A stretch of DNA of 64,000 nucleotides. Origin: an uncultured Gammaproteobacteria bacterium. Its GTDB lineage: Bacteria > Patescibacteriota > Patescibacteriia > PEXW01. The notes under the pieces were generated by a model that searched no databases, was not told where the DNA came from, and saw only the letters and a list, made by a program, of their open reading frames with translations. Every line of letters begins with the position of its first letter. Within the stretch, counting starts at the first letter, position 1. Shown in pieces: positions 20,315-32,337 of this stretch. The stretch lies in assembly GCA_964486505.1 (NCBI GenBank), contig CAZAMC010000003.1, forward strand, positions 19,505-83,504. Direction: 5' to 3'. Made by a program: the position numbers and the translations under genes.

Positions 20315-20380
20315 CGGCTATTGACGGTGAGCCGGAACGCGCTAAGCTACGGAGAATAAAACTGTTCATTGGAGGAACTC

Positions 20381-20851
20381 ATGCTTGAAAAGGAAGCCTT
20401 TGCCCTACTGACGAAAAGGGTGTGGCACATGCTTGAAAACAACGAGCCGATCAGCCCGTCGGTGACAGATGCGATAAACCACTTAGAGCCACAAGCTTTC
20501 CACGAGCCAGTTGCTCGGGCGGTGCTCACGCAAATGACCCGAGAAATTGGGCGGACTGTGGCCCCCGCCCTAACTGAAACTGGCGATGATTTCATCGGCT
20601 CGGTTGCACTCGCCTTCGCTATCCTTGCGGAATCGGATCGGCCGCCAAAGTACATCGGGTACACCGCCCACACATTTGCGGAAATGCTCATTGAGCAATT
20701 CTGCAAAGCCTACGCACGGTCGGTCAACATGAACGCCCCGGTGAAGGTGGACATCCCAACGTCCGCACCCCGCGCGCTGAGCCTGCGCGAGCGTTTGCAA
20801 GAAATGAAACCCACCGCCTTCGGTCGGTACACATTTCCAGCGAAAATCTGA
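20381..20851 (+). CDS. Hypothetical protein
   Basis: ATG 20381 is preceded by GGAGGA (20371-20376). Followed by an 11-bp-stem terminator. Confidence 0.45.
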   Translation: MLEKEAFALLTKRVWHMLENNEPISPSVTDAINHLEPQAFHEPVARAVLTQMTREIGRTVAPALTETGDDFIGSVALAFAILAESDRPPKYIGYTAHTFAEMLIEQFCKAYARSVNMNAPVKVDIPTSAPRALSLRERLQEMKPTAFGRYTFPAKI

Positions 20852-20858
20852 ACCTCAA

Positions 20859-20894
20859 CTGCCCGAGCCCACCTATGGCTCGGGCAGTTTCTTG
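20859..20894 (+). terminator. Rho-independent terminator (ctgcccgagcc-N7-ggctcgggcag + TTTCTT)
   Basis: Perfect 11-bp inverted repeat followed by a T-run; also abuts the tRNA-Pro 3' end on the other strand. Confidence 0.6.
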
Positions 20895-20904
20895 TAGGTT
20901 CGGG

Positions 20905-20977
20905 TCGGGGTGCCGGGACTTGAACCCGGGGCCTCTTGCACCCCATGCAAGCGCGCTACCAACTGCGCCACACCCCG
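20905..20977 (-). tRNA. tRNA-Pro (anticodon GGG)
   Basis: Manual fold of the reverse complement CGGGGTGTGGCGCAGTTGGTAGCGCGCTTGCATGGGGTGCAAGAGGCCCCGGGTTCAAGTCCCGGCACCCCGA. Anticodon loop AT-GGG-GT; T-loop TTCAAGT; 7-bp acceptor. Confidence 0.8.
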
Positions 20978-21041
20978 ACCAGAACCTACAAAAGCTACGG
21001 TGCATGGTACCCCGTGCCAGCGCATCGAGCAAGACCGATTT

Positions 21042-21905
21042 TTACTTCTCGTCGTCTTCGTGGTGCTTGGCTGACCCAATCATCTGCACCATACCATTGA
21101 AGAGCTCGATGAACGCGTGGTCTGCGCCCCGCCCCTTTAAGGCCAGCTGATGATGGCTGTCGCCGTGCGAGACGTTGTACATACCCTGCCCAAGGATCCG
21201 GAACGGCCGGCTCATGCGCTGGGCAAACCACCAAGAAATGAGAACAAAGACGGGCAAGGCGGCGAGGTCAACCAAGGCAAGTGCACCGAGCACGTCGTTG
21301 CGTTGTGCATTGATGAAACTGGAGGACAGGTCAACACCCAAGACTGCAACGCTCACGCCTTCGGCATTCTTTACGGGGGCGTAGCCCGAGAGCCAGGCGC
21401 CCCACTTATCGTAGGTAATTTCGTCATCGGCGCTCGGTTGGCGCAAGCCTTCTTCCAGCTGGGGGAAGTCGGCCGTATCATACTCCTCGCCCAAGTTTGC
21501 CTTGAGCTCGGCGTCATCAATGGCCCCGTTCCCGTTCTGGTCAGCAGTCTCTTTGCCACTGACGACGAACGTCATGAGGTGCGGCGTACTCGTGGGCCGG
21601 AGCGTGTAGATGTCATCAATTTTCGGGTTGCCATCCATCACTGACTGAAAGTACTTTTCAATCTGCACGTACGCCGAGCTGGTCTGCTGCTCCGGGGACG
21701 TGAGTTGCTCATGCACATCCACCGGGACATTCGCCGCAACGCTCACGGCAATACTCTGCAATGTATCCTGCGTCTCGCGAAAAAGTTTGGTGGTGCGCAC
21801 AAAGTACAGGGCTGCACTTACAGCCGCCGTCATAACCACGAACACAATCAACGTGTGGACGAAGACAAACCGCCGGTAGGGATGAAAACTTGTGTGAATG
21901 TCCAT
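21042..21905 (-). CDS. Membrane sensor-like protein: TM - extracytoplasmic Cache-like domain (Ca-binding DQNGNGAIDDAEL loop) - TM - HAMP-like segment, no output domain
   Basis: Two TM helices bracket a ~180 aa extracytoplasmic domain. The C-terminal ~50 aa after TM2 (RMSRPFRILGQG...) resembles HAMP, and the ORF ends there. Confidence 0.45.
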   Translation of the reverse strand: MDIHTSFHPYRRFVFVHTLIVFVVMTAAVSAALYFVRTTKLFRETQDTLQSIAVSVAANVPVDVHEQLTSPEQQTSSAYVQIEKYFQSVMDGNPKIDDIYTLRPTSTPHLMTFVVSGKETADQNGNGAIDDAELKANLGEEYDTADFPQLEEGLRQPSADDEITYDKWGAWLSGYAPVKNAEGVSVAVLGVDLSSSFINAQRNDVLGALALVDLAALPVFVLISWWFAQRMSRPFRILGQGMYNVSHGDSHHQLALKGRGADHAFIELFNGMVQMIGSAKHHEDDEK

Positions 21906-21948
21906 AGGTATATTCTAGCCTATTCTAGTGGGGGTTACGAGGTGCCAG

Positions 21949-22296
21949 CTATTCCAGAAACACCTGGAGCGCCTCGAGTAGCTCGTGTTTGACGGCATCG
22001 GGCGGTTGGGGGTCTTTCTCTGGATACTGTTGTTTGAGGGCATGCAGGCGAATTTTGATTGCCTCTACAGCCTGCTCCTGGGCAACCAGGGCTTCGGGTG
22101 GGAAGGCGGCTTGGTACTTAGGGCTCGACATGTACGTCTCAATAACAAACACCGTGCTCCCAAAACACGACAGCCAGTCGTTGGCAGTCCGCGAAAATTC
22201 ATCCTCAATTCTGCTCGGGGCCTCGCGAATGGCTTGCCGGAGCTGGGCTACCCGGTCCTCACTAAGTTCTGGAGTGGGACGCTCGCCTTCGGTCAT
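21949..22296 (-). CDS. Hypothetical protein (start moved to MTEGERPTPE..., 115 aa)
   Basis: TGCTATACT extended -10 lies 6 nt upstream of ATG 22296. The ORF-track extension to 22479 would overlap the riboswitch region. Confidence 0.4.
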   Translation of the reverse strand: MTEGERPTPELSEDRVAQLRQAIREAPSRIEDEFSRTANDWLSCFGSTVFVIETYMSSPKYQAAFPPEALVAQEQAVEAIKIRLHALKQQYPEKDPQPPDAVKHELLEALQVFLE

Positions 22297-22302
22297 GCAG
22301 CA

Positions 22303-22311
22303 AGTATAGCA
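22303..22311 (-). promoter_or_regulatory. Extended -10 TGCTATACT, 6 nt upstream of ATG 22296 (leaderless)
   Basis: Minus-strand instance. Confidence 0.45.
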
Positions 22312-22394
22312 CCCGCCAATTTCCCGAAAGGGAACGGTTCGGGATCGCCATTGGCAAGCATCGAGCTGGTCTGCTACACTGCTGCTACAATTCG

Positions 22395-22501
22395 CGTATC
22401 CAGAGTGCTGGGAAGGGAACTCGCCCGCTATCACCCAGCCGGCAACTCGTCCTGCAGCTGCAGGACTCCAGTGCTCCATCGAGCCCGCAAGGGAAGATAC
22501 G
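22395..22501 (+). promoter_or_regulatory. Candidate SAM-I (S-box) riboswitch aptamer in the metK leader
   Basis: P1 CGUAUC...GAUACG. AGAG, GAAGGGA, GCCCG and GGCAAC elements are in SAM-I order. The P3 base GGCA/UGCU is extended by a perfect 16-nt palindrome UCCUGCAGCUGCAGGA. There is a GUGCUCCAUCGAG J3/4-like segment and a P4 CCC-GCAA-GGG. TGCTACAAT -10 at 22383-22391 puts the TSS at P1. Confidence 0.45.
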
Positions 22502-22562
22502 AGGCGCTCATCGTACTACCTTCTGTGTCGCGGAAGGTCTTTCACCGTTAACGACCCTGCGT

Positions 22563-23588
22563 ATGCTCACTACCACCGAATCGGTTACCATTGGCCACCC
22601 GGACAAAATCTGCGACCAAATTTCTGACGCCATTGTCGATGCGTACCTGCTGCAGGATCCCCTTTCCCGCGTAGCCGTGAACAGCATGGGCTCGCACGGG
22701 ACGCTCTTCATCGGCGGGGAGGCGACCTCCAAAGGCGCGGTAGATCATGCCAAGCTGGCGCAAGAGCTGTACCAAGAAATTGGCTACACCGAGGAATTAA
22801 AGATGGTAGTCAACGTTGTGCCGCAGTCGCCGGACATCGCCCAAGGGGTGGACACCGGGGGCGCGGGTGACCAAGGTATTATGTACGGCTACGCAACCGA
22901 TGAAACACCCGAGATGCTCCCCCGCCAAGTTGTAGCCGCGCACGCCCTCACACGGGGGCTCACCGCCCTCCGGGCAAAGCCGGGCTTCGAATGGCTGCGG
23001 CCAGATGGGAAGTCCCAAGTGACCTACGAGGACGGCAGACTAAAAACCATTCTCGTCTCCTGCCAACATACAGAGAACATCGAGCAGCCCGAAATTCAAG
23101 CGCAACTCACCCAACACCTCTTCCAGCCCCTGTTTGGCGACTTGTCGAATGTCGAAGTACTCGTGAACCCCACGGGCCGCTTTGTGCAAGGCGGCTTCTA
23201 CGCCGATACGGGGCTCACCGGCCGCAAAATTATGGTAGACACCTACGGCGGTCTCATTCCGCACGGCGGCGGTGCCTTCAGCGGGAAAGACCCAACCAAA
23301 GTGGATCGCTCGGCGGCGTACTTCTGCCGCTACGTCGCTCGCCAACTGGTGAAGCGTGGCCTCTGCCACCATGCCACGGTGCGCGTTGCCTACGCCATTG
23401 GCCGAGCCGAACCAGTGATGGTCGATGTTGAAGGCGATGGTGATGACGGCCTCCATGAAGCGGTGCAAAAGGAATTCGACTTCCGCCCCAAGGCGATTAT
23501 TGAACGTCTTGACCTGCGAAAACCCATTTACCGCCAGACGGCCATGAACGGCCACTTTGGGAATCCAGACTTCCCCTGGGAAAAGTAG
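22563..23588 (+). CDS. metK: S-adenosylmethionine synthetase (compact 341-aa form)
   Basis: GHPDKICDQISDA, DQGIMYGYA, GGGAFSGKDPTKVDRS motifs. Confidence 0.9.
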   Translation: MLTTTESVTIGHPDKICDQISDAIVDAYLLQDPLSRVAVNSMGSHGTLFIGGEATSKGAVDHAKLAQELYQEIGYTEELKMVVNVVPQSPDIAQGVDTGGAGDQGIMYGYATDETPEMLPRQVVAAHALTRGLTALRAKPGFEWLRPDGKSQVTYEDGRLKTILVSCQHTENIEQPEIQAQLTQHLFQPLFGDLSNVEVLVNPTGRFVQGGFYADTGLTGRKIMVDTYGGLIPHGGGAFSGKDPTKVDRSAAYFCRYVARQLVKRGLCHHATVRVAYAIGRAEPVMVDVEGDGDDGLHEAVQKEFDFRPKAIIERLDLRKPIYRQTAMNGHFGNPDFPWEK

Positions 23589-23651
23589 TATATCGTTGAC
23601 AACGAGTAGGGTAGCGCCTAGAGTTTTGCTACAAACACAACGGAGGAAAAC

Positions 23652-23915
23652 ATGGCACGATTTCCTGGCTACCTCATCGAGAACCCCAATGGGAATAGTC
23701 ACCTCATCCCACTGGTGATCACAACCGAGCACCGTGGACTCTGCATCCGCATCGACGTTCCCAAAGAACACCCGAACTTTGCCAATGCCTCAGACCGACT
23801 CCAGCAGGTTATCCTGGCCTTGCAGGAGGCAGGCATCAAGCACGAGGTACTCCGCGTAAGTTCGAGCCACAACCGGCTGCCCGACTGCGTGTGCATCTCC
23901 TGCGAAAAGGCGTAG
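23652..23915 (+). CDS. Hypothetical small protein (87 aa) with C-terminal CxCxxC
   Basis: Own TTGACA-N17-TAGAGT promoter (23596-23624), GGAGGA SD, and a downstream terminator. Confidence 0.45.
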   Translation: MARFPGYLIENPNGNSHLIPLVITTEHRGLCIRIDVPKEHPNFANASDRLQQVILALQEAGIKHEVLRVSSSHNRLPDCVCISCEKA

Positions 23916-23928
23916 TGCAACTTCAATG

Positions 23929-23955
23929 AAAAAGCCCCGACCGGGGCTTTTTGCT
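23929..23955. terminator. Bidirectional rho-independent terminator aaaaaGCCCCGaccgGGGGCttttt
   Basis: GC stem flanked by an A-run and a T-run, between convergent genes (23652-23915 + and ndk -). Confidence 0.65.
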
Positions 23956-23969
23956 TAGTGGAGTATTGA

Positions 23970-24566
23970 TTAGAACTGGATGTCCTCTTCCATGCGCTTG
24001 TACGCGTGGACTTCATCTTCAGCAAACCAGTTCGCAATTTCGTGCTTAGCCTCTTCCGGGGTTTCTGAAGCATGGAGTATGTTGTGCACCGCGCGCTTTT
24101 CCTTGTTCGCCGCCGCCGCGGAATCCACCGAGTAGTCCCCCCGAATGGTGCCCATGTCGGCCATGTACGGCATCGTTACCCCTGCAATCTTGCGAACCAT
24201 GTCCACCGCGTGCACGCCCTGTACGACCATTTTCACCACCGGACCAGTGGTCATAAAATCCAGGAGCCACCCCCGCACCATCTTGCCAATCTCCAGCAAG
24301 TCGGTGGTGCCGAGTTCGCCTTCCAAATCGTAGCCGTACTTCTCGTAGGTCTTGTGGGTTTTCTCGCCCAGGCGGCGTGTCCAGGCCTCATCCTTGGGGT
24401 AGTGTTTGTCCATTTCTTCTCGTGCGGCCCAAATCATCTTCAATGCAATGACCTTCAAGCCCCGCTGCTCAAAGCGGTGAATGATATCACCAATGAGACC
24501 ACGCTTCACGCCGTCGGGTTTGACCAGAACGAGCGTTCGCTCTTCGCGAGGATGGGGAGCTGCCAT
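23970..24566 (-). CDS. ndk: Nucleoside diphosphate kinase (extended, 198 aa)
   Basis: LVLVKPDGV, NILHASE (active-site His region); ~50 aa insertion. Confidence 0.85.
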   Translation of the reverse strand: MAAPHPREERTLVLVKPDGVKRGLIGDIIHRFEQRGLKVIALKMIWAAREEMDKHYPKDEAWTRRLGEKTHKTYEKYGYDLEGELGTTDLLEIGKMVRGWLLDFMTTGPVVKMVVQGVHAVDMVRKIAGVTMPYMADMGTIRGDYSVDSAAAANKEKRAVHNILHASETPEEAKHEIANWFAEDEVHAYKRMEEDIQF

Positions 24567-24578
24567 AGGTCGGATGCG

Positions 24579-24959
24579 TTACAGTTTGAGAAGTTCCTTC
24601 ACCTTCTCCACGATGGCCGCGGGAGTGAAGTTCGTTTTAATGAAGTAGTCGGTCGCCCCCAGCTGCCGGCCTTTCTGCACGTCTTCTTCCTGGCCGAGGT
24701 TGGTGAGCATGACCACAGGGGTGTCTTTGAATTCTGATGTCTTCCGGAGTTCCTGCAGAACCTGAAAACCATCCATCTTCGGCATGATGATGTCCAGCAA
24801 AATGATATCGGGCTTTTCCTTCTTCACCATTTCCAGGCCGGCAAAACCGTCCGGCGCATGGTGGAGCTCGTACCCTTCCTTTGTGAACTTCGTGGTGTAC
24901 ATCTCGGCGATCAGCGGATCGTCCTCGATGAGCGCGACACTGGGTTTCTGCTTTGCCAT
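24579..24959 (-). CDS. Single-domain response regulator (REC only, CheY-like)
   Basis: DD pair IEDD, phospho-acceptor ILLDIIMP, ...TNLGQEEDVQKG..ATDYFIK. Paralog of 42776-43195. Confidence 0.8.
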   Translation of the reverse strand: MAKQKPSVALIEDDPLIAEMYTTKFTKEGYELHHAPDGFAGLEMVKKEKPDIILLDIIMPKMDGFQVLQELRKTSEFKDTPVVMLTNLGQEEDVQKGRQLGATDYFIKTNFTPAAIVEKVKELLKL

Positions 24960-24965
24960 AGTCCT

Positions 24966-24994
24966 ACCCTAGCATGCGTTTTTCAGCCATGCAA
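24966..24994 (-). promoter_or_regulatory. TTGCAT-N17-TAGGGT promoter ending 6 nt upstream of the REC ATG (leaderless), inside the gatA 3' end
   Basis: Read on the minus strand: TTGCATggctgaaaaacgcatgcTAGGGTaggactATG. Confidence 0.4.
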
Positions 24995-26464
24995 CGTTCC
25001 GGTAGCTGGGGAAAGCTGCACAAAACCGCTCTCGGCTTCGTATCCCGCGGCCGCCCGAAAAAGCTTGGCTTCCCCAAAGCGTGGCGCAATGAACTGCCCG
25101 CCAACTGGCATTTTGTGCGCGAAGCCAATGGGCATAGAAATGGCGGGGAGGTTGGCAATGTTCGCGGGTACCGTAAAAATGTCCGACAGGTACATAGTGA
25201 GCGGGTCATTGTACTTCTCCCCCAGTGGGAAGGCCACGGATGGCGAGGTGGGCCCGAAGAGGACATCCACATTCGCAAACGCCGCATCGAAATCCTTGGC
25301 GACAGTGCTCATGAGCGCGTAGGCGCGGTGGTAGTAACGGTCAGCGTACCCTTTCGAAAGGGTGTAGGTGCCCAGGATGCTCCGGCGCTGCGCTTCGGGG
25401 CCAAGGCCTGCGGATCGCACCCGCGTGGTGTACTGCTCAAAAGATTCCCCGGCTTTACCGGTTGGTTCCACACTGAGGCCGTACCGAATACCATCGTACC
25501 GTGCCAAATTGGACGACACCTCACTCGTGACGATGACGTAGTACAGCGCCAGTGACAAGTGTGCCGCGGGCACGCGGACGGGCACCAGCTTTGCCCCGGC
25601 CTGTTCCATACAGTGCAACGCTTCCTGCACGCGGGCAGTGACTTCCTCATCCATCCCCTGCACCAAAGCGTCTTCCATGTAGCCCACCCGCAAGCCCGCT
25701 AAGCCGCCAGTGAGGACACTCGAAGGTATGGCCGATCCAGCAACCGTGGTTGCATCTTGCGGGTCCACGCCCGCAACCGCATTAAACACGGCGAGGGCAT
25801 CCGCCGTGCAGCGGGCAAAGGGACCAATTTGATCGAGGGAAGACGACAGGGCGATGAGGCCGTTGCGCGAGACGCGACCGTAGGTTGGTTTAAATCCCAC
25901 CACCCCGCAGAAACTGGCCGGCTGGCGGATTGAGCCTCCGGTGTCGGAGCCCAGAGCGACCAGGGCTTCGCGGGCAGCCACAGCCACGGCCGAACCTCCG
26001 GATGAACCGCCGGGGACGCGAGCCGGATCCCACGGGTTGCGCGTCTTCTGGTACGCCGAATTTTCGGTGGACGAACCCATGGCAAATTCATCGAGGTTCG
26101 TTTTTCCAACAATGACCGCGCCCGCATCCAGCAGTCGCTGCACTGCCGTGGCCGTGTACGGTGCAACGTAGGGCTCCAAGACTTTAGAAGCTGCGGTCGT
26201 CGGCGTGCCTGTGAGGCAGAGGTTGTCTTTTATTGCCACGGGTACACCGAAGAGCGCGTTGGGCTTTTCGCCCGCTTGAAGACGCCTATCGAGCTCCTCG
26301 GCCCGCGCAATTGCGCGTTCCCCCATGATGTGCAGGAAAGCGCAGAGCCGGGCATCTTGCTTCGTTATGCTGTCTAAGTACGCGCTCGTCACCGCCTCCA
26401 CGCCAATACGGCCGCTCGCGTACTCGTCGTGTAATTGCGCAATGGTGTAGTCCTTCACATCCAT
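24983..26464 (-). CDS. gatA: Glutamyl/aspartyl-tRNA amidotransferase subunit A
   Basis: Amidase signature GGSSGGSAVAVAA; 493 aa. Confidence 0.9.
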   Translation of the reverse strand: MDVKDYTIAQLHDEYASGRIGVEAVTSAYLDSITKQDARLCAFLHIMGERAIARAEELDRRLQAGEKPNALFGVPVAIKDNLCLTGTPTTAASKVLEPYVAPYTATAVQRLLDAGAVIVGKTNLDEFAMGSSTENSAYQKTRNPWDPARVPGGSSGGSAVAVAAREALVALGSDTGGSIRQPASFCGVVGFKPTYGRVSRNGLIALSSSLDQIGPFARCTADALAVFNAVAGVDPQDATTVAGSAIPSSVLTGGLAGLRVGYMEDALVQGMDEEVTARVQEALHCMEQAGAKLVPVRVPAAHLSLALYYVIVTSEVSSNLARYDGIRYGLSVEPTGKAGESFEQYTTRVRSAGLGPEAQRRSILGTYTLSKGYADRYYHRAYALMSTVAKDFDAAFANVDVLFGPTSPSVAFPLGEKYNDPLTMYLSDIFTVPANIANLPAISMPIGFAHKMPVGGQFIAPRFGEAKLFRAAAGYEAESGFVQLSPATGTLHG

Positions 26465-26466
26465 AC

Positions 26467-26775
26467 TCAGGTTGTGGGCGGTGAAACGACGAATGACCCA
26501 TCCCGCGTGGGCGCTTGGGCTACCAGACGAACTGCATCTGCCGGCATGGCTATGTCTTCTCGCACATCATACGGGGTAACTGGGCTACGACGCTGGCCCT
26601 CAACTGCTGGAACGTCGCTCTGGTTAATTTGGTCAAGGTAATCCAGCACGCGGGAAAGTTGCTCCGCGTACATCTGACGTTGGGCGAGTGTTTGCGAAAG
26701 CCGTACAAGCTTGCCTAGGTGGACGATGTCAGCGTCGGTAAAATGCATAGGCACAGTATACCACCCACGGTGCAT
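26467..26775 (-). CDS. gatC: Asp/Glu-tRNA amidotransferase subunit C
   Basis: ~95-102 aa, directly upstream of gatA. ...DIVHLGKLVRL...L..IL.Y...I pattern. Start may instead be the ATG at 26748. Confidence 0.65.
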   Translation of the reverse strand: MHRGWYTVPMHFTDADIVHLGKLVRLSQTLAQRQMYAEQLSRVLDYLDQINQSDVPAVEGQRRSPVTPYDVREDIAMPADAVRLVAQAPTRDGSFVVSPPTT

Positions 26776-26850
26776 TGACAGGATAGCCAGAAAACTCTAC
26801 GCTCACCGGAATACAAAAGTATCCACACCACCAGCAGGGAGGCTGATGCA

Positions 26851-27480
26851 TTGAAAAGGAGTAAGGCCGCACCGAAACACGGCGAGCGCCAGCTCTCATC
26901 TGACCCGACCATCGCTCGCGCCCAACTCGGGGATCAGGTTGCTCTTGGTGAACTTACCCAAGAGTACCGGGATCGCTGTACGAACTTCCTCTTCAGAATC
27001 CTTCAGGACGCTGAACTCGCCGCGGAAGTATACCAAGACGTGTGCGTGAAGCTCGTCGGGTACATCGCCAACTACGATGCTACCTATCAATTCACTACCT
27101 GGCTGTACACGGTAGCGAAGAACATGGCCTTCAACCACTTACGGCGGAGGAAGAAGTACGAATTCGTTGACATTGAGACCATTGCCGGCGAGCTGCCCAG
27201 CCCCGATGGTCGGCCAGATGTCCATCTGCACCGTAGCGACATCACCCGCGCCGTGGCAGAGGCTGTAGCCTCGTTGCCAGAGAAAATGCACGAAGCGTTT
27301 ACCCTCGTACGGCTGCGTGGGTTCAGCTACGAAGAGGCGGCGATGAAGCTTGACCTGCCCATTGGGACGGTAAAGTCACGCGTGACACGCGCGCACGAGG
27401 AAATCCGCACCTTCTTCAGACTGTACTACCCCGAGCTCATCCCCCCGCGCTCTCGCGCAAAAAAACTCGCTCGTTTCTAA
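26851..27480 (+). CDS. ECF-type RNA polymerase sigma-70 family factor
   Basis: Region 2 (YQDVCVKLV...TWLYTVAKNMAFNHLRRR) and region 4 HTH (LRGFSYEEAAMKLDLPIGTVKSRVTRA). TTG start 9 nt after GGGAGG. Confidence 0.8.
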   Translation: MKRSKAAPKHGERQLSSDPTIARAQLGDQVALGELTQEYRDRCTNFLFRILQDAELAAEVYQDVCVKLVGYIANYDATYQFTTWLYTVAKNMAFNHLRRRKKYEFVDIETIAGELPSPDGRPDVHLHRSDITRAVAEAVASLPEKMHEAFTLVRLRGFSYEEAAMKLDLPIGTVKSRVTRAHEEIRTFFRLYYPELIPPRSRAKKLARF

Positions 27481-30420
<2,940 letters not shown>

Positions 30421-30424
<4 letters not shown>

Positions 30425-32337
30425 GAAATTGGGCAGTACCCTTCTTCCGGTCCCAAGAAGGACGGCTGGGTGAGAATGTCGTAGGAGTCAAACGTCGTCG
30501 TCCGGTTTATCTGGCAAAAGTTGAAGCCCCCACCACACTGCGCACTCGCATCACAGAGAATTGTGGGGTCATTACTACACTGACCAAAGCCTCCAGAAAA
30601 GTTAGACTCGGTGTTCGCGGGGCTCCGAATAATGAGGAAGCGCGTCGTCACACCCGGGTTGACCGTAATGGGTGTAGGGAGGATGCAGCTACTCGCCGCG
30701 CCGCCATTGAAGGGCTGAATTGTCTGCTCTTGCGCCTTCAGGCTAAGCGACGAGGCATCGGACTGCGTATCGTAGTTGAAGAAGAAAGTAGGACTCGCGC
30801 CACCATTTTCGATGTAGTTCACCTTCACTGTGCGGTTAAACTTCCCCCGGATACGAACGTAATAGTTACACGGCCCAATAGTGCAGTCGGCAAAAGGGGC
30901 ATCGGGCACCACGACGCCAAACTTGTGGGAATTTTGGCCATATGCCGCATTGGTATTGTACTCCGTGAACCCACATTCCACGCTCTGGGGCACATTCCCG
31001 ACAATAGTCTGGAGGCACTTGAAATCAATTGACTGCGTGTCGGTGGTTGTGCCACCGGGGTTAAGCCACAGCTTATTTGCGCCACCAGCCACGCCGTTAC
31101 AGTACGTACTCGTGCTAGCGAAATCGGCGCCGCAATGAACACCTTGCCAATTCTTCCCCTCATGGTTTGGCCCAATAAGTTGGCAGAGCCTGGGCGCGCC
31201 TGGACAAAAGGTGACTTGGTTGACGCCGTAGTAGGTCGTGCACCAATTACGCCCATTGCCATTGCAATCATCCCATTGACCTTGGGCATTCAATTCTGGT
31301 TCACTGGGATTTATGTTTGCCTCAAATTGATAGGGCCCAAAGGTTTTCACATCTTCAGAAACTGATAACTCAATGCTCTTCTCGAGCGTCCGCTCGCTGA
31401 AGATGACAAAGTCGAAGAGCGAGGAAAGCGGCAGCGACCAAGGAAAGGTGGCGACGAGGGCTTGTTTCTGGTTTTTCCCAGAACTCACCGATTTCAACCG
31501 GATCTGGCTGGTGGGTTTGGGGTTCAGGTAGGCATTGAAATTCTTAACGTCCCCGTTCCCGCCCGTGGTTGGCTTCAAGGGAGTAATGCGGATGCGGAAA
31601 CCGGCTAGCGTTGAGGAAAGGGTCGGCTCAAAAGCGGGGTAAAACTGCGTCAAGGGGATCTGCGCACCTTTACCGCCACTCTCGGGAAGCGTGCAGGTGC
31701 TGGAACTCGAAAAATTGGTAAATGAAACCAACACTCGCTGTGAACGAGAGCTCTCTAACCGGGAATTCCACGCAATCCACGTAACTTCCAGCACTTCATC
31801 ATTCGCCCCATCATTGCTCTCCGCGTACACGCAGAGCGTGGGCGCATTGAAGTCTACTGGCGCCCCGGCAACGTTGAGTGAGTCGTCGACGTCGTACATT
31901 TCGACATACACACTCTGGTTCTCAGGTAACTCCGGAATCGTTTCCCCCACGCTCGTCTGGTCGGTAGAGCTCACAAGCTTTGTATCCCCGGTGGGGAAAA
32001 ACGCTTGATTTTCGGCAACGATGATATTTGGGTGCCCACCCTCGCCGACCGGTAGTTCCAGGTCGCGGACTTTCGTGAGAGCGCCAGCCAGGGTTTCACT
32101 GGTCTTCAGCAGTTGCACGGCGTGCAGCCCCTGTTCCAAGCCCGATTCCGCTGCGTAGTACCCTTCGTGCGTGTTGGAAACGACTTCATTAATGCGAACC
32201 TGGGTGACAACCACGGTGCTCACGGTAATGCCAATCGCTACAACAGCCGACATAATCAGCACTGCCAGAATCATGGTTATGCCCCGTTGTTTCTTCCCGA
32301 CTCGGCTAATTCGCATAACGGTTGAACTTATCGGCAT
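30421..32337 (-). CDS. PilX-like large minor pilin / pilus tip protein with Cys-rich C-terminal domain
   Basis: N-terminus KKQRGITMILAVLIMSAVVAIG...EGYYAAESGLEQGL resembles the PilX_N domain. 638 aa, 20+ Cys. Last gene of the minor-pilin operon. Confidence 0.55.

Noticed and set aside
22449-22464. Perfect 16-bp palindrome TCCTGCAGCTGCAGGA considered as a stand-alone operator for a DNA-binding regulator
   Set aside because: It sits exactly where the P3 helix of the candidate SAM-I aptamer is expected, flanked by the conserved GGCA/UGCU base. An RNA-level role is more parsimonious, though a dual function is not excluded.
21985-22551. 188-aa plus-strand ORF spanning the metK leader
   Set aside because: It runs antisense to the 21949-22296 gene and straight through the candidate SAM riboswitch. 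It is low-complexity Gly/Arg-rich. Better explained as non-coding.
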